Source: an uncultured Planctomycetia bacterium
Lineage (GTDB): Bacteria; Omnitrophota; Gorgyraeia; 2-02-FULL-51-18
Assembly (NCBI GenBank): GCA_964642015.1
Contig: CAZXLF010000004.1
Location: 20,738 to 84,737, forward strand
Direction: 5' to 3'
Length of the DNA stretch: 64,000 bases
Shown here in pieces: positions 29,401 to 41,400 of the stretch (position 1 is the stretch's first letter; the number at the start of each line of letters is the position of its first letter). The notes under the pieces were generated by a model, which was not told the origin of the DNA, did not search any database, and saw only the letters and a list, made by a program, of their open reading frames with translations. A program made the translations under genes and the position numbers.

Positions 29401-32400
29401 CACAAAATCTGTTATCGGGAAGACATTATTTCTCATAAGATTAAACAAAACATTCAAGCTGTCTTGAACTTCATCACTACTGACAGTGACCGCTTGAGTA
29501 CGAGGTACCTGACGCTCAAGCCAAAGCCGGTAATAGCTTTCAATCCTTTGATTAAGGGTCTCTGCGGGGAACTTTGTCAGATCGATCACGCTGGCTGCAA
29601 ATTCCATCAAAGCGATCATCCACATCAAGCCTTGATCGATCAGATAAACATCCTGCCAGATCAGATTTCCTATATCCGGCGGGATGGAAGGATTTTCCGA
29701 TAACCTGGCACCCGCAGGCATCTGCTCGGAAGATGGGCGTAAACGGTCCGTGTTCGCGTAAGGGAAGAAATCCGGTATCACGCCATTTTTAAGGTCTTCT
29801 TTGATGCCGTTCCAATAAGTATCTTTCAATAAATCCGCATGAACTTGTTTAAACGCTTCGACCAAATAAGGCGGAACGAATTTCATGGTTTCCGTCTCAA
29901 GAAAATCAGGCACAAACCAGTCGCTATCAGGAACATAGAACCAATCATCCAAATTCATCAGCTGGTCCGGATCATAAGAAGGCCACGGCGGTATGGACTT
30001 GAAGTTCATTTCAGGCAGGTCTTTCAGATGATCAAAATCATACAGCACAACTATCCCGGAAGGTGTGATGCCGAAATTCTTAAAATCAAATTCGCCTGTC
30101 CAAACACCGGCCGCCGCCAAATCCTTCAACGCATATCCAAAATCAATAAGGGCTTTTTTTCTGTCCTCATCTGTTCTGCCCGGAGCCTCCCAAAACACAT
30201 CGAACGGCGTGACCTGCCTTTGAACATAAACACGCTTCAATAAGACAACATCGCCGTTGACTATGACCATTCTAGGAGCCTTGCGGACCAAGTAGTCCAA
30301 TAGATCCGGCGGGAAGTTGGTTCGCGGGATCGAGAGATTTTGAAAAGACATCGCGTCAAGCATCCTTCCTACCCGATCCATATCATGGACTTTTTGATAC
30401 TGCTGCATAGTGAATGTGTGATCCTGGCGGAATGGATCTATCTTTTCTGATTCGTCTTTCATGATCTTGAAAACATAGGGAAAATGATCAATAGCCAGCA
30501 CTTCCATGACTCTGCCTCGAGTTCCGGGAGCAAATTTGAATTGCGTGCCGGGCACCTCTAAACGTTCATTCAAAGCCTTCCTGAATTCTGTTTTAGCCAG
30601 AGTCTCAAAACCTATGGATGAATAAATATCAGAAAGCGACCGCTTGGGAAGGATGGATTCCAAGAATTTGGCAAGCTCGCGGTGATGTTCCGCTTCCACA
30701 TGGAAATTGGAACGCACGTAGCTGAACAAACGGCCGACTTCCCCTTCTCCAACAAGCACCGTATCCGCTTCAACGCCGGTCTCTGTATTCAAGAAAGGAA
30801 TTGCCAATGCAATATAACCGTTTTGTGTCACGATCCTCCCGACAAGATACGCGCCTTTGTTTCTGTAGAAAATATTCGGAAAAAATTCTACCTTATATTC
30901 TCCGGGAATATTGTAACTCTGTAATTTCGATTCCAATTTGCGCGAAGCCAGCTGAACGTCTGAATTAAGATCGAAAAATAGGCCTTTGAATGGCAAGCCA
31001 TTGAAAATATCATGAAACAATTGATCAGTGGTTCCGCCAGCGGTTTTTTCATACGTGCGGTAAAAACCTGCCGGCTCGATAACATCGGGAAGTTCACCGT
31101 TACTCAAATATTCAATAGGTATATTTTCTTCAGAAAATACGCGCCTCATAACAGAATACAAGAAAATAAGTGCCAAATCGCTGTCGTAGCGACCTTTTAT
31201 CAGTGATGAATAAGATTTTTTAACGTCCTGCCACGAATCGTAATCCTTCACACGATCTGACAACAAGGTTCGCACCTCCCCTTCAACCCGATTCAAAGTT
31301 TCCCGATAAAACCGAAGTCTTTCATTGGCATCGCTTAACACTCCGTTCCATTCACGTTTTTCAAAACGTAATGCTGAACGGCCAGTGATCCACTTGAATC
31401 GCGAATAATAAGCTTCATAATCTTCGAGTAGTTTTTTAGCGACTTCATCGGAGTTTGCGGCGAGTCTGGCTCCATAAAACTTTTGTCGGAGATCCTTCCA
31501 ATACTGAGGATTAAGCAATGTAGTGCGGAATGTCTCACTGAAAACTGGTTTATACTTATCGGGGGCTAGCGCCAAGATGATATGTTCGGGAACAAAATCA
31601 TTCGGAGACGCTGATATCCAATCTTGATCCGGCACATAAAGGTCTGCGCCCTGACGCACAGGAATAGAAACAATTTCTTTGGGTAAAGATTCAACACCGT
31701 CCTCATGGTCATAATAGACCACTCGTCCGCTCGGAAGGATTCCGTAATTGAACAATTCAAGACCTCTTGGAAGATAACCGCTCTGCGCCAATTCCTCCAA
31801 TGCCCGGCCCAAATCAATAACAGCTTGCTGTTGTTTTTCTTCTGAAATTTGGGAATCATAAAGATAAAGATTTAATGGCGTCGCATACGGCTGAACGAAC
31901 ACATCCTTTAAGATCACCTTGTCACCGCTGACAAATACACTATTCGGCGCAAATTGTTCCAGTTCATTCAACAATTGCTCGGAAAAATGATCCCGTTCGA
32001 GCGGCAGTTGGGTAATGTGGAGCGTAGGCAAAAAACGAGGGTGATTGATCTTTTCGGCTTCCGTATATCTTGCGAGCACGCCATTGCGGCCGATAAAATA
32101 TTTTTTATCTGACAGATCTCTCGGCACTTTAAAAACATATGGCAATGAAGGCAACACGAAATCTATCATTGCCTTACCACGCACACCAGGAGCAGGCAAA
32201 AATCGTTCGGATAGATTAGACAATAAATGATCATACAAAGCCGGTATAAATATATTTTCTTTCAACTGACCAGGCTCTAACTTCACAAACCCCGGTTCGG
32301 CAAGCCTTGCGCCGCTCCGCCCCTGCTCTGCGATGATATGTTCAACGATATCATTTCTTGTCTCATGGATCTGATCGACCAGCAATTTGCCGTACGCGAT

Positions 32401-35400
32401 CGATAACCGTATCTCAAAACCTCCATCGATCAGCCCTGTAAAAATATTTGAAAGAATATTCAAATTTAAGCGAAGCTGATTCCCCCGCAATTCGGTCAAA
32501 GTTAACTGGTTCAGAACCTGAACAAGTCTATAAATATCCCTTGGGTTGACCGCTAAGTTAATAAGCCAGCTACGCGCTTTGTCCAATTCTAAACTGAGAT
32601 TTGTTAACACCTGAGCAGTTTCATTTGGAATAAAAGGATGCTGTAACAATATTCGTATCGTTCTAAAGTAATTTGAAGCCAAACTCAAACGCTGTCTTGG
32701 GCCGCTTAGAGGTTCTTCAGCCAGTCTTGCGCCTACAGATAAAGTACCTGCCAGCACCGGTAAACGATAAAAATCGTCGTCACTACGCAAGTTTAGACGC
32801 GACGATGCGATCTTTTCAGCGAGAATATTTCCAGTCTCAACGGTTGGTTCCGAGCTAGCCCGCACGATCTGTGTTTTTACCCTGCGCCCGCTGTCTGTTT
32901 TATTAAAAATGATCGTAATAATTACCTGCTCAGAATTACCCGGGATCCTTTCCCTGATAAGCTCCACTGTAATCGGAGAATTAGGTATCTTTTTGTCTAT
33001 CGCTAACCGAGCACCTTTAGAAGACGCTTCAAGTCTTACCTGTTTATATGCTCTCTCAAATACATCCGCCAGACCACTTCCAAGCGCAGAGCGGACTTTT
33101 TGAAATTCTTCCTCATATTTCCCTTCAGCGTGCGCAATACTCGAATGTTCAAAATCGATGAAGCTTACAACCGGCATTGTATTAGCATCGCGATGTACAA
33201 AGATATGATCTTTTTTGAGCTCAAAAATATCGCGTTTCGCTTTTCTGATCAGGTCCTGGTGTACTACACCATAATTGTGTAGTCTGCCCAATGCCAGACC
33301 AAGCGCTTCAACTTCATCAGCTGTGATCTGCACCGTACCTATACTAAAACCATCAACCTGATCTAGAATGATGGCTTCTTGATCACCGGGCAACCTAATC
33401 CGATCGACTCTTGGGCCTATGCTTTCAATACCCTGATGATAAGCGCGGTGAGAAGCTAGAAATTCGGTCTTTAATTTTTCTTCGAGACCCGTCCCGTAGG
33501 TTTTTATGTAAAAGACAATCTGGCCTTCGCGTCCTTCTATTCGGATCCTGTATTCCCAAACGGCATCATCGATGCGCCGTTCGGACAATTCCGTAATATT
33601 TTCCAGATCCGTCAAACCCAAAAATTCAAACACTCTTTGATTTCCGGCTCCGAACCGGAGTTTGAATAGATCCTTCGCTTCTTCCCCTTTAAGTAACGCC
33701 AAGCGCGCACCTGAGGTCATTTCGTCTAAAGATTGAAGCTGTGCCAAAGCGTTATACAGCAATCCATTTTCCTGAAGCAAAACCCTGGCATTAGGGTTTA
33801 CCAATCCGATGGTTGCGTCACTGGCAATATTCCCGATCAATTCGTTCAATTGCTGAATCCATTCACCGAGGCGCATGGATCTCTTCAATGTTGAACGGTA
33901 ATTTACGGCAAACTGTTTATAAGAGCGTCCTATATCACCGGCCAAAACATCGATCTGGTTCTCCGTCTTGACCAATTGAGGCTTCCCCTGGAGTCTAGTA
34001 AAAAGATATTTAGCTTCCTTCAGCCAATACGAGGCAACATCCAAGCGGACAGTATAAGCAAACTTGTTATTAGATTTTGATGCCACATCGGACCAAGCGG
34101 TAAAGACACCTGCGAAATCGGAAACAACATCAGCTTCAGAAGTTTTGGAGATGGATGAAACCCGCGTTCTCAGCAAATCCCATGAAGTTTTTAAATAGTC
34201 ATAGGCTTTTTGTTGGTCATTTTCATCGATAGCGTCTGCGGCTAAAATAATGTTTTGCCGGGCCGATCGCAGATCGCGGATGATCTCCTGATTATCGGTC
34301 TGTTTTATCAGTATCTGCGTAATCGCTGAATCGATCCTGGGCGAGATCCAAACAACGAGTCCGTACTTTACCTGATCAAATTCGTGTTCGCTTGAAAGCC
34401 GCGCGCCGACAGTGTCGTTAAATAGTTGGCCGGAAAAACCCGGAACAAAATCCGAAGGAATCCTGTAATTATGAATCGTCGGCGTCTGGAAAGGATTATG
34501 AGTTTCATTCATGATCGCAAGATTAGCCTGCCGGCGTAATATTGAGGCGACATCCGCCTCAAGTTTGGTGCGGACATCTAAATACTGCCTGGACCATTTA
34601 AAAGCGTGTAAAAATGTAAAATCTTCGACTCTTTTCCGATCGAACGAATCCACGAACGAGATGTGCGTGCCGCCTCTGAGATATTTCCAATAATTGGATA
34701 CATATCTTCTTGATTCCGCGGTCAAAGAAGCGAGCGCCTCTTTTTGATGTCTGGCCTCCGGAGATTCGCCGTTCGGGCCGGCTTCCTGTATTTTTTCTTG
34801 CAGTTCCGTAAGGCGGCCCATGATTTCATCCCGCGACAAAACATCAGGCCCTTTTCCGATCTGCGAAAGCCTCCACAGTACACGGTAGTAATTCACGACC
34901 ACGAGCGCCTTTAAATCCAAAGACGCCGCCAACCCATAAAGATCTAAAAAGATATCCAGATCGCTTGAGACACTACTGATATCACCAAAAAAAGCGATCA
35001 GTTTGTATTGCACAAGCATGTCTAGCTCTTTCCAATACAACGCGGAAGTCACCTGATCACGGTCCTTATGCGAACTGATACTTTCAAGGTCTCTAATGAA
35101 CTCTGCCAGGTCCTGTCGGTCATACGGTGTCGTGAACCGTGCGTCAGGAGCTCCGACAAGACGAACCAATTTTCTTTTGAAATCGTCAAAACGCTTTTGA
35201 TACCAGCTGACGATAAAAAGTCTTCCGGCCACTTCCGTATAAAGCAGATCTTCAGATGCCTGGATGATCTGCCTTTTAACATCGGAAGGTACAGAATCGC
35301 TAAATTGACGGGATTTTAGATATTGGTTCAATCTTGGTTTGATGAATTCATCAAGAGATTTGCGCACGGTTTCTTCTGTGTCCCAATTCCTAGCGTCCAT

Positions 35401-38400
35401 GGCAACAATAAGAACCGGCAATTCAAGCTTCAGAAATCCAATGAACGGTGAATCCGTCTGACTGATGCCCAAAATTAAATACAAACGAAGCCTTCCCAAT
35501 TGGGACGCCAAACGAGGTTCAGTGTCTTTAAAATACTCTTTTGCCTGCTGGATTTGCTGTTCGGTCGCAAAAAGTTGATTGTATGCAGGAATATTCCGAA
35601 GACGAGCCGGATCAACCTTTCTGACTCCCAGATAAACTTTGGCATCAGATTCTATCTTCCTGGCTTTCTGTGCTTTAAACGCATCAAAATGGTCCACGGC
35701 GTCCGCCCACTGACGGTAATAAGCCTCAAATTCTTGTAACCATGCCTCGACTTCCGTCAGCGCAGAACCATTATTTTGAAAGCGGATAAGCCGTCCTTTA
35801 AGCTCAGCGATATCGGGAACATTGCCGGCATCATATCCGGCTGTGATAAGAGCTATTCTGACGCGCTTTTCATTGGCTTCGATCTTTTCCATCTTCTGCA
35901 TCGTCTGCTCGAGGGACAAGCGCAACCATTCAGGGTATAGAGCACTTTCAGAAAAATGTTCAGTCGTTGATAGCCGCGCGCCTGACGCTGGAACATTTGC
36001 GCTCTTGCTGATCTTCAAACCTTTCTCTTCTAAAAATCTCCTTAATTCTTCCGGCTTTGATGTATTAAAGAAAAGAAAGAAATGATTTCGTCCCACTTCT
36101 TCCATGTTCTCAAGGCCGACGCGATCCATACTCACCGCACCGATCAGACCTTTTAACTGCATTTCAGGGATATTTCTTCTAAGGAATGACCGAAAAGCCC
36201 TGAATCTCATATGGGCATCGGTCACTTCAAAAGCAACATTCTCATTCTTGAAATAATGCAGCGCATCTTCCAGTTCATAATCAAGCTTCGCAAGATCCGA
36301 TTCTTTAAAACCGCCGGCGAATTGTCCCTGTCCGGATAGCTCGACATATTTTCTCGACGCATTCACAAGCCTTCTCCAATAATCGCCTTTGTTGATCCTT
36401 TCAAATATATTCTTTCCGTTTTCGGGATCATAAATCTTCCAAACAGCAACTTGCAGTTGCTCTGAAGCAACTAAACCTGAAACAGTTTTATAAGAGATGA
36501 CCTGTTTCCTATTCGGGTCATAACCTATCCGATAGATCAAACGCATCGCAGAATCGAATGAGCCGACTCCGTGAAGTTTTCTTCCGTTCTCTTCGACGGA
36601 ATTCTGATCGTCAACAATGATCGATTGCAACACCAATTGTTCGGCACCTACTCCGGTAAGGCCGGTGTAACGTTTTTTGTAGGGATCGATTCGTTGTAAA
36701 ACTTTTTTCAGCAGAACAATATCATCGGTGATCTGATGAGGACTCCCGCCCAATTTCCTGATCTGGCTCATCTGATCCTTAAATAAATCGGAATACAACG
36801 TCCGGTTCTTGCCTATGGTCAACTGGATTTTAAGCGGCTTCTGAGCAGAATTCTTAAGCTTGATCGTGACCATCCGACCCAACGCATTAGCTTCTTCATT
36901 TTTTTGGATCATATCCACGTGATAACCTAAATTTCCGAATGACTCTGTCAATTTTAGAATGAAAAGAGGCAGATTATGCTCATAAACAGACCAGAACCTC
37001 TCGATATCCTGATCATGATCAAAAAGCAACGCAAAATCAAAATCCGCGTTATCATCGATGAACGTGCTACGTCCCCTGGATCCTGTCTGAATAAAGCGAT
37101 GACTGCCTGCCACGATCGATCTTAATGACTGATCTAGCGCCCGAACAACGTGCCTATTCTTTTGGCGATAATCCGCTGCAAGTCGAGCTCCGGAAGCGAC
37201 CAAAGTAACTGCGCCTTCAAAATCCTTACCCAATCCTCTTAAAGGCACTTGAATGCCATTATCCAGAATGATCACACCATATTTTTCTGAACCGATTGCT
37301 CTGACTTCATATCTAAAGAAAACACCTTCTGTTTCGAATGTTTTGCTGTCATTTTTAAAAGATATCTCGATCTTTATCCGTTGACCTTTTTCCAACAAAC
37401 CGGAATTTTGGACAACAGCGGAAAGATTGAGCGTCGGATTCGTTTCTGCTAAACGTGCGCCGTTAGCTTGAGGGCCGGTTTCAACAATGTGCTTCATTTC
37501 TGCTAAAAACCATTCTAATTCGTCGAGCTGCTGGTAGTTTGACGCGATAACAACCGTGTTTTCTCTGGCGTCTAAAACCAGATCATGCGCTCTATACAAA
37601 TAAGCCTTGGCCTCTATGATCAGTTGGTCAGCTTTTTTGACATCTTGAACTTCAATAGCTTCTCTTAAAACGGGAATGATCGACTGGAATGCTTTTAACG
37701 GTTCAAGATAGTCTTGCGATGAAACACTAGCAGAAGCTGGTTCATCCAAATTTTTTTCTTCCTCTGGCTTTGGTAAATACCCTAAACTCCTGAGTTCCTT
37801 CTCGTATTTTGTTTTTTGCGAAGGAGTTAATTCTGCCAAAGACGTAGAACCGACCCACTCAAAATTTCCTTCAGCAGTTTCATAACCGCGGCGAAGGATC
37901 GCTTGGGGCATAAAAGAATTGTCGAGAACAACTATTTCAAGTCCTGGCCGTGGTATAGAATCATGTTCGACGTTCACAAACCGAATCAGCAATGGTTTTT
38001 CATGATAAGACAAAGGTGTGCCCACATGAACTCTTTGTCCGTTACGGTCATTCAGAACGTGCGTCGGCACGCTATCTTGTCTGCGGCTGCGACTCGAGAC
38101 CTCAAGAACAGACTGTTGTTTTGCCTTGGATACAGCAAAACTTCTAAAACGTCTGGTCGCTTCTTCCCAAGGGCGCTCAAGCTCATGGGTTTCGGGATTG
38201 TAATATTTGCTTGAGATGAATGCCCTATTCTCTTTTTCTTTGGATGTAAACTTGCCGCGATTGGCGTCGTCATCTTTGGTCCGATAAATATCAATGCGGG
38301 ACACTTCGGCCTGAGAGTTGACAATGATCACTTCCGAGGGTATCTCATCCAGTTTTGCGCGAAATTCATCTCCCAATCGCAGTGCGATACCTCGCGTCAA

Positions 38401-41400
38401 AAGCGCTTCACCTTTATCATCCAATTTGACTTTGTGAAAATATGGCTGCGCGGCTTTACCATCGACAAGATTTTTGTAAAACCAAATCATTGTGCCCGGA
38501 ACTAAAAAGTAGATCGGGTCATAACGCTTGGTTCTGGTGTTCCATTTCCATTTTCCTACCGCTTGTTTCACATCGGTCTCATCGGGACTTAAAAATCCGT
38601 AAGCATAGATCTCCTTTTTGATACCTTCTTCTCTTTGACGGATATAGATAAAAGCCGTGTCGGCGCCTTTGGTGACTTCTTCGGATCGCAATTCCATAGG
38701 GCGATGAAAATTAACTGTCCTGTCTCCGATCCGGAACGCATAAAAGTTCGCCGTTTGGTTTTGTTGCCGCTCGACCTTCACCGCTCCGTCAAGAACAGGT
38801 ACGTCCTGTATTTTGAGGGTAGCCAATTTCAAGTGAACATGGCTGTTGCCTATAATAAAGCCCTTATCTTTTGAATAATAAAATGCTTTATATGCCATTG
38901 ATTGAGTGCTTGAATCAAAAATATGAACCCATAAGAAGCCTTTCGCATCTTGGCTGAATCGAAGAATAACCGGTCCTTGACCGGGTAGGCCGGGCTTAGG
39001 AACAATGATTCTGCGTTTGTCAGCTTTATTAGTTTCAAGCCGGAACAAAATCACAGTGCCTCGGACGTTTAACGCTTTTGAATATCCCGGCTGATCGAGG
39101 CCAAAATTTTTAACCAAATACGCGGCCGCTTCCTGATCCTTGTCGACAAAAGCTTTTTTCATTTTTTCTGTCAAAACGCGCCATTGAGAATCAGATATGC
39201 CTTCAGCTTCTTCACTTAATCTTGCGCCCGAAGTAGATTCGCTCAACATGACGACCAATTCATTTTGCAGATCACTTAATCTTTTATAGTGGGAAGCGAT
39301 ATAAGCCAGATCCCTTTTCTCGTTCTGGGCGATCTGCGATGCCTCATCGAGAAGTCTTTCGGCCTCGATCGAAATACTTAAAGCTTGATCTAATTTTCCG
39401 CGGTTAACCAATTCTTCCGCTTTTTCTATTGCTAGATCAAATTCCGACAGGAATCTATCGTGAGAACTTATGCCCTCAACATTTAAAGTTTCCAGCGGAA
39501 CAGTCTGGTTTAATGATTGTTTGATCCTTTCGAGCCGTATCCTGAACTCGGCGGATTCAGAAACCGGCTTGGAAGCAGCGGGCAATTGATTTTGAAGGCG
39601 AAGTGCCGCGTCTTTTCTCAAGTGTCTAACTGTATCAATAGTGACCGCACCGAATCTGCCTAAAATTTTTCGATGTTCAAGCTCATAAGCGATCGTCGCA
39701 TCATCGGCCTGTTTGGACCCGCCAATACCGTAAGTCATGAACATCACTTCCGCTTCAAGGAATGATAGTTTGCCAAAGCGTTCGATCACTCTGTCTTTTC
39801 TCACACCGATCTCCTTGGATAACCAATCAATGCCGCTGGGATAGAGATGGATCTTCTGACGTGCTTGCGCAACCAGACGTTTGAGATTGCCCGGCGAGAC
39901 AGGTCCTTTAGACCTGGCGTCTTTATAACCCAGGTCCCAAAGTTGACGGGCGATCTGAACCAGTGAAAGCTTTTCATCACCAAGAACATAAAAAAGCTCT
40001 ACGGCTTTTCTTTCCCGCAAGGTCAAGATATTCATACGGGTTTCCGTCAACTGCTCTCTTTTTAATTTGATATCATGGGCCAATACGTACCAGCCATCCC
40101 TTAAGGGAGGCCTGTTCTTTGTCAAACGCAGAGGCAATCTCAAATAATCGGCGCCAACACCTCCTGCGAGAAGATAATTGCGGAGCGTTTGGAGTGAGAT
40201 CCTATGAAGATGGGACAAAGAATTATCGTTGAATTCTTTGTCGCGATATTCTCTTACTTTCTTTTTTACTTCCTGGCCGATAGAACTAGCCAATAATCTG
40301 AAAACGACCCGGTGAGTGCCGATCCCATAGTAATTCTTAAGCAAGATCTGTACTCTTTCGGGCAATTGAGACAGCACCTGATCCGTGATCTTTTCAGATT
40401 CTACGCCGATCTTCGTAGCCAAAACCTCGCGGCCTGTTTTAACATCTTTAAGCTGCTTGACGGTTAAATAGCGTCGAAGTTGAAGTTGGGCTGGCGAAGT
40501 ATAATAACGATTACCCTCACCTTTGATGGCTTCGAACATCTTTTTGTAATCCCTGATAACCGGTCTGCTTATTCCATAATAATAAGAAAGAACCTGCCAT
40601 TGCTCGACAGGTATGGCGTAGATCAATTCTGAAGTGAGCTTCTCAACTGAGATTTTGGCATCAGCGGCCAAACGATTTAGAGCAACGGCATTTTCCTGGA
40701 AAAACCTGTCATCATACTTAGAAAGCCGTGCACCTAAGATGGATTCCATGCCTGATCCATAAGTCCGTGCAAATCCGGCCTTTATTTGATCATCGTTCAG
40801 GCTCGGCACTCTCCCCAAGAAAGCTGCCTGTATCAGATCGTATTCGGACCTTAATACAGATCGATCAGCATCTGCTTTGGCATATTCGAAATCGATGAAC
40901 GAAACTTGATTACTCTGCTCGTCCCAAAATATATTTTCGTTCGTGAGCTCGATCCTTCCCTTCATCTTGTTCTCAAAGCAGAGATCTCTATGTGTGATGC
41001 CTAAAGCATGTAAACGTCCCAAAGCAAACGCAACGGCGCCCATCAAATCCCGGCTTTTTTGTTTCATATCAGAATCTGTCAGTCGGCGGCCTTTGCTTAA
41101 CGTCGTTAAAAGCATGCCTGAAGCCGGTAGAAAATAGATCGGAGGCGCTAAATGATACCGGCCTGCCGACCGCGTTGTCTCATATTCATTAAAACGCTTG
41201 GCAGAATATTCCGGCGAATACAACTTCGTGTAAAAAACGATCTCGCCTTTATCGCGCAACGTCAGCTGGTGACGATAAACTGTTCTGCCGCTGACTGTTT
41301 TCAATTGAGTGAAATCATAATTTACGATATCAACCGGATCTGAAACGCGCGCGACGTGCATCAACGCCTCAGGTTCATCGTTGCCAAAAAATGCTTTGAA

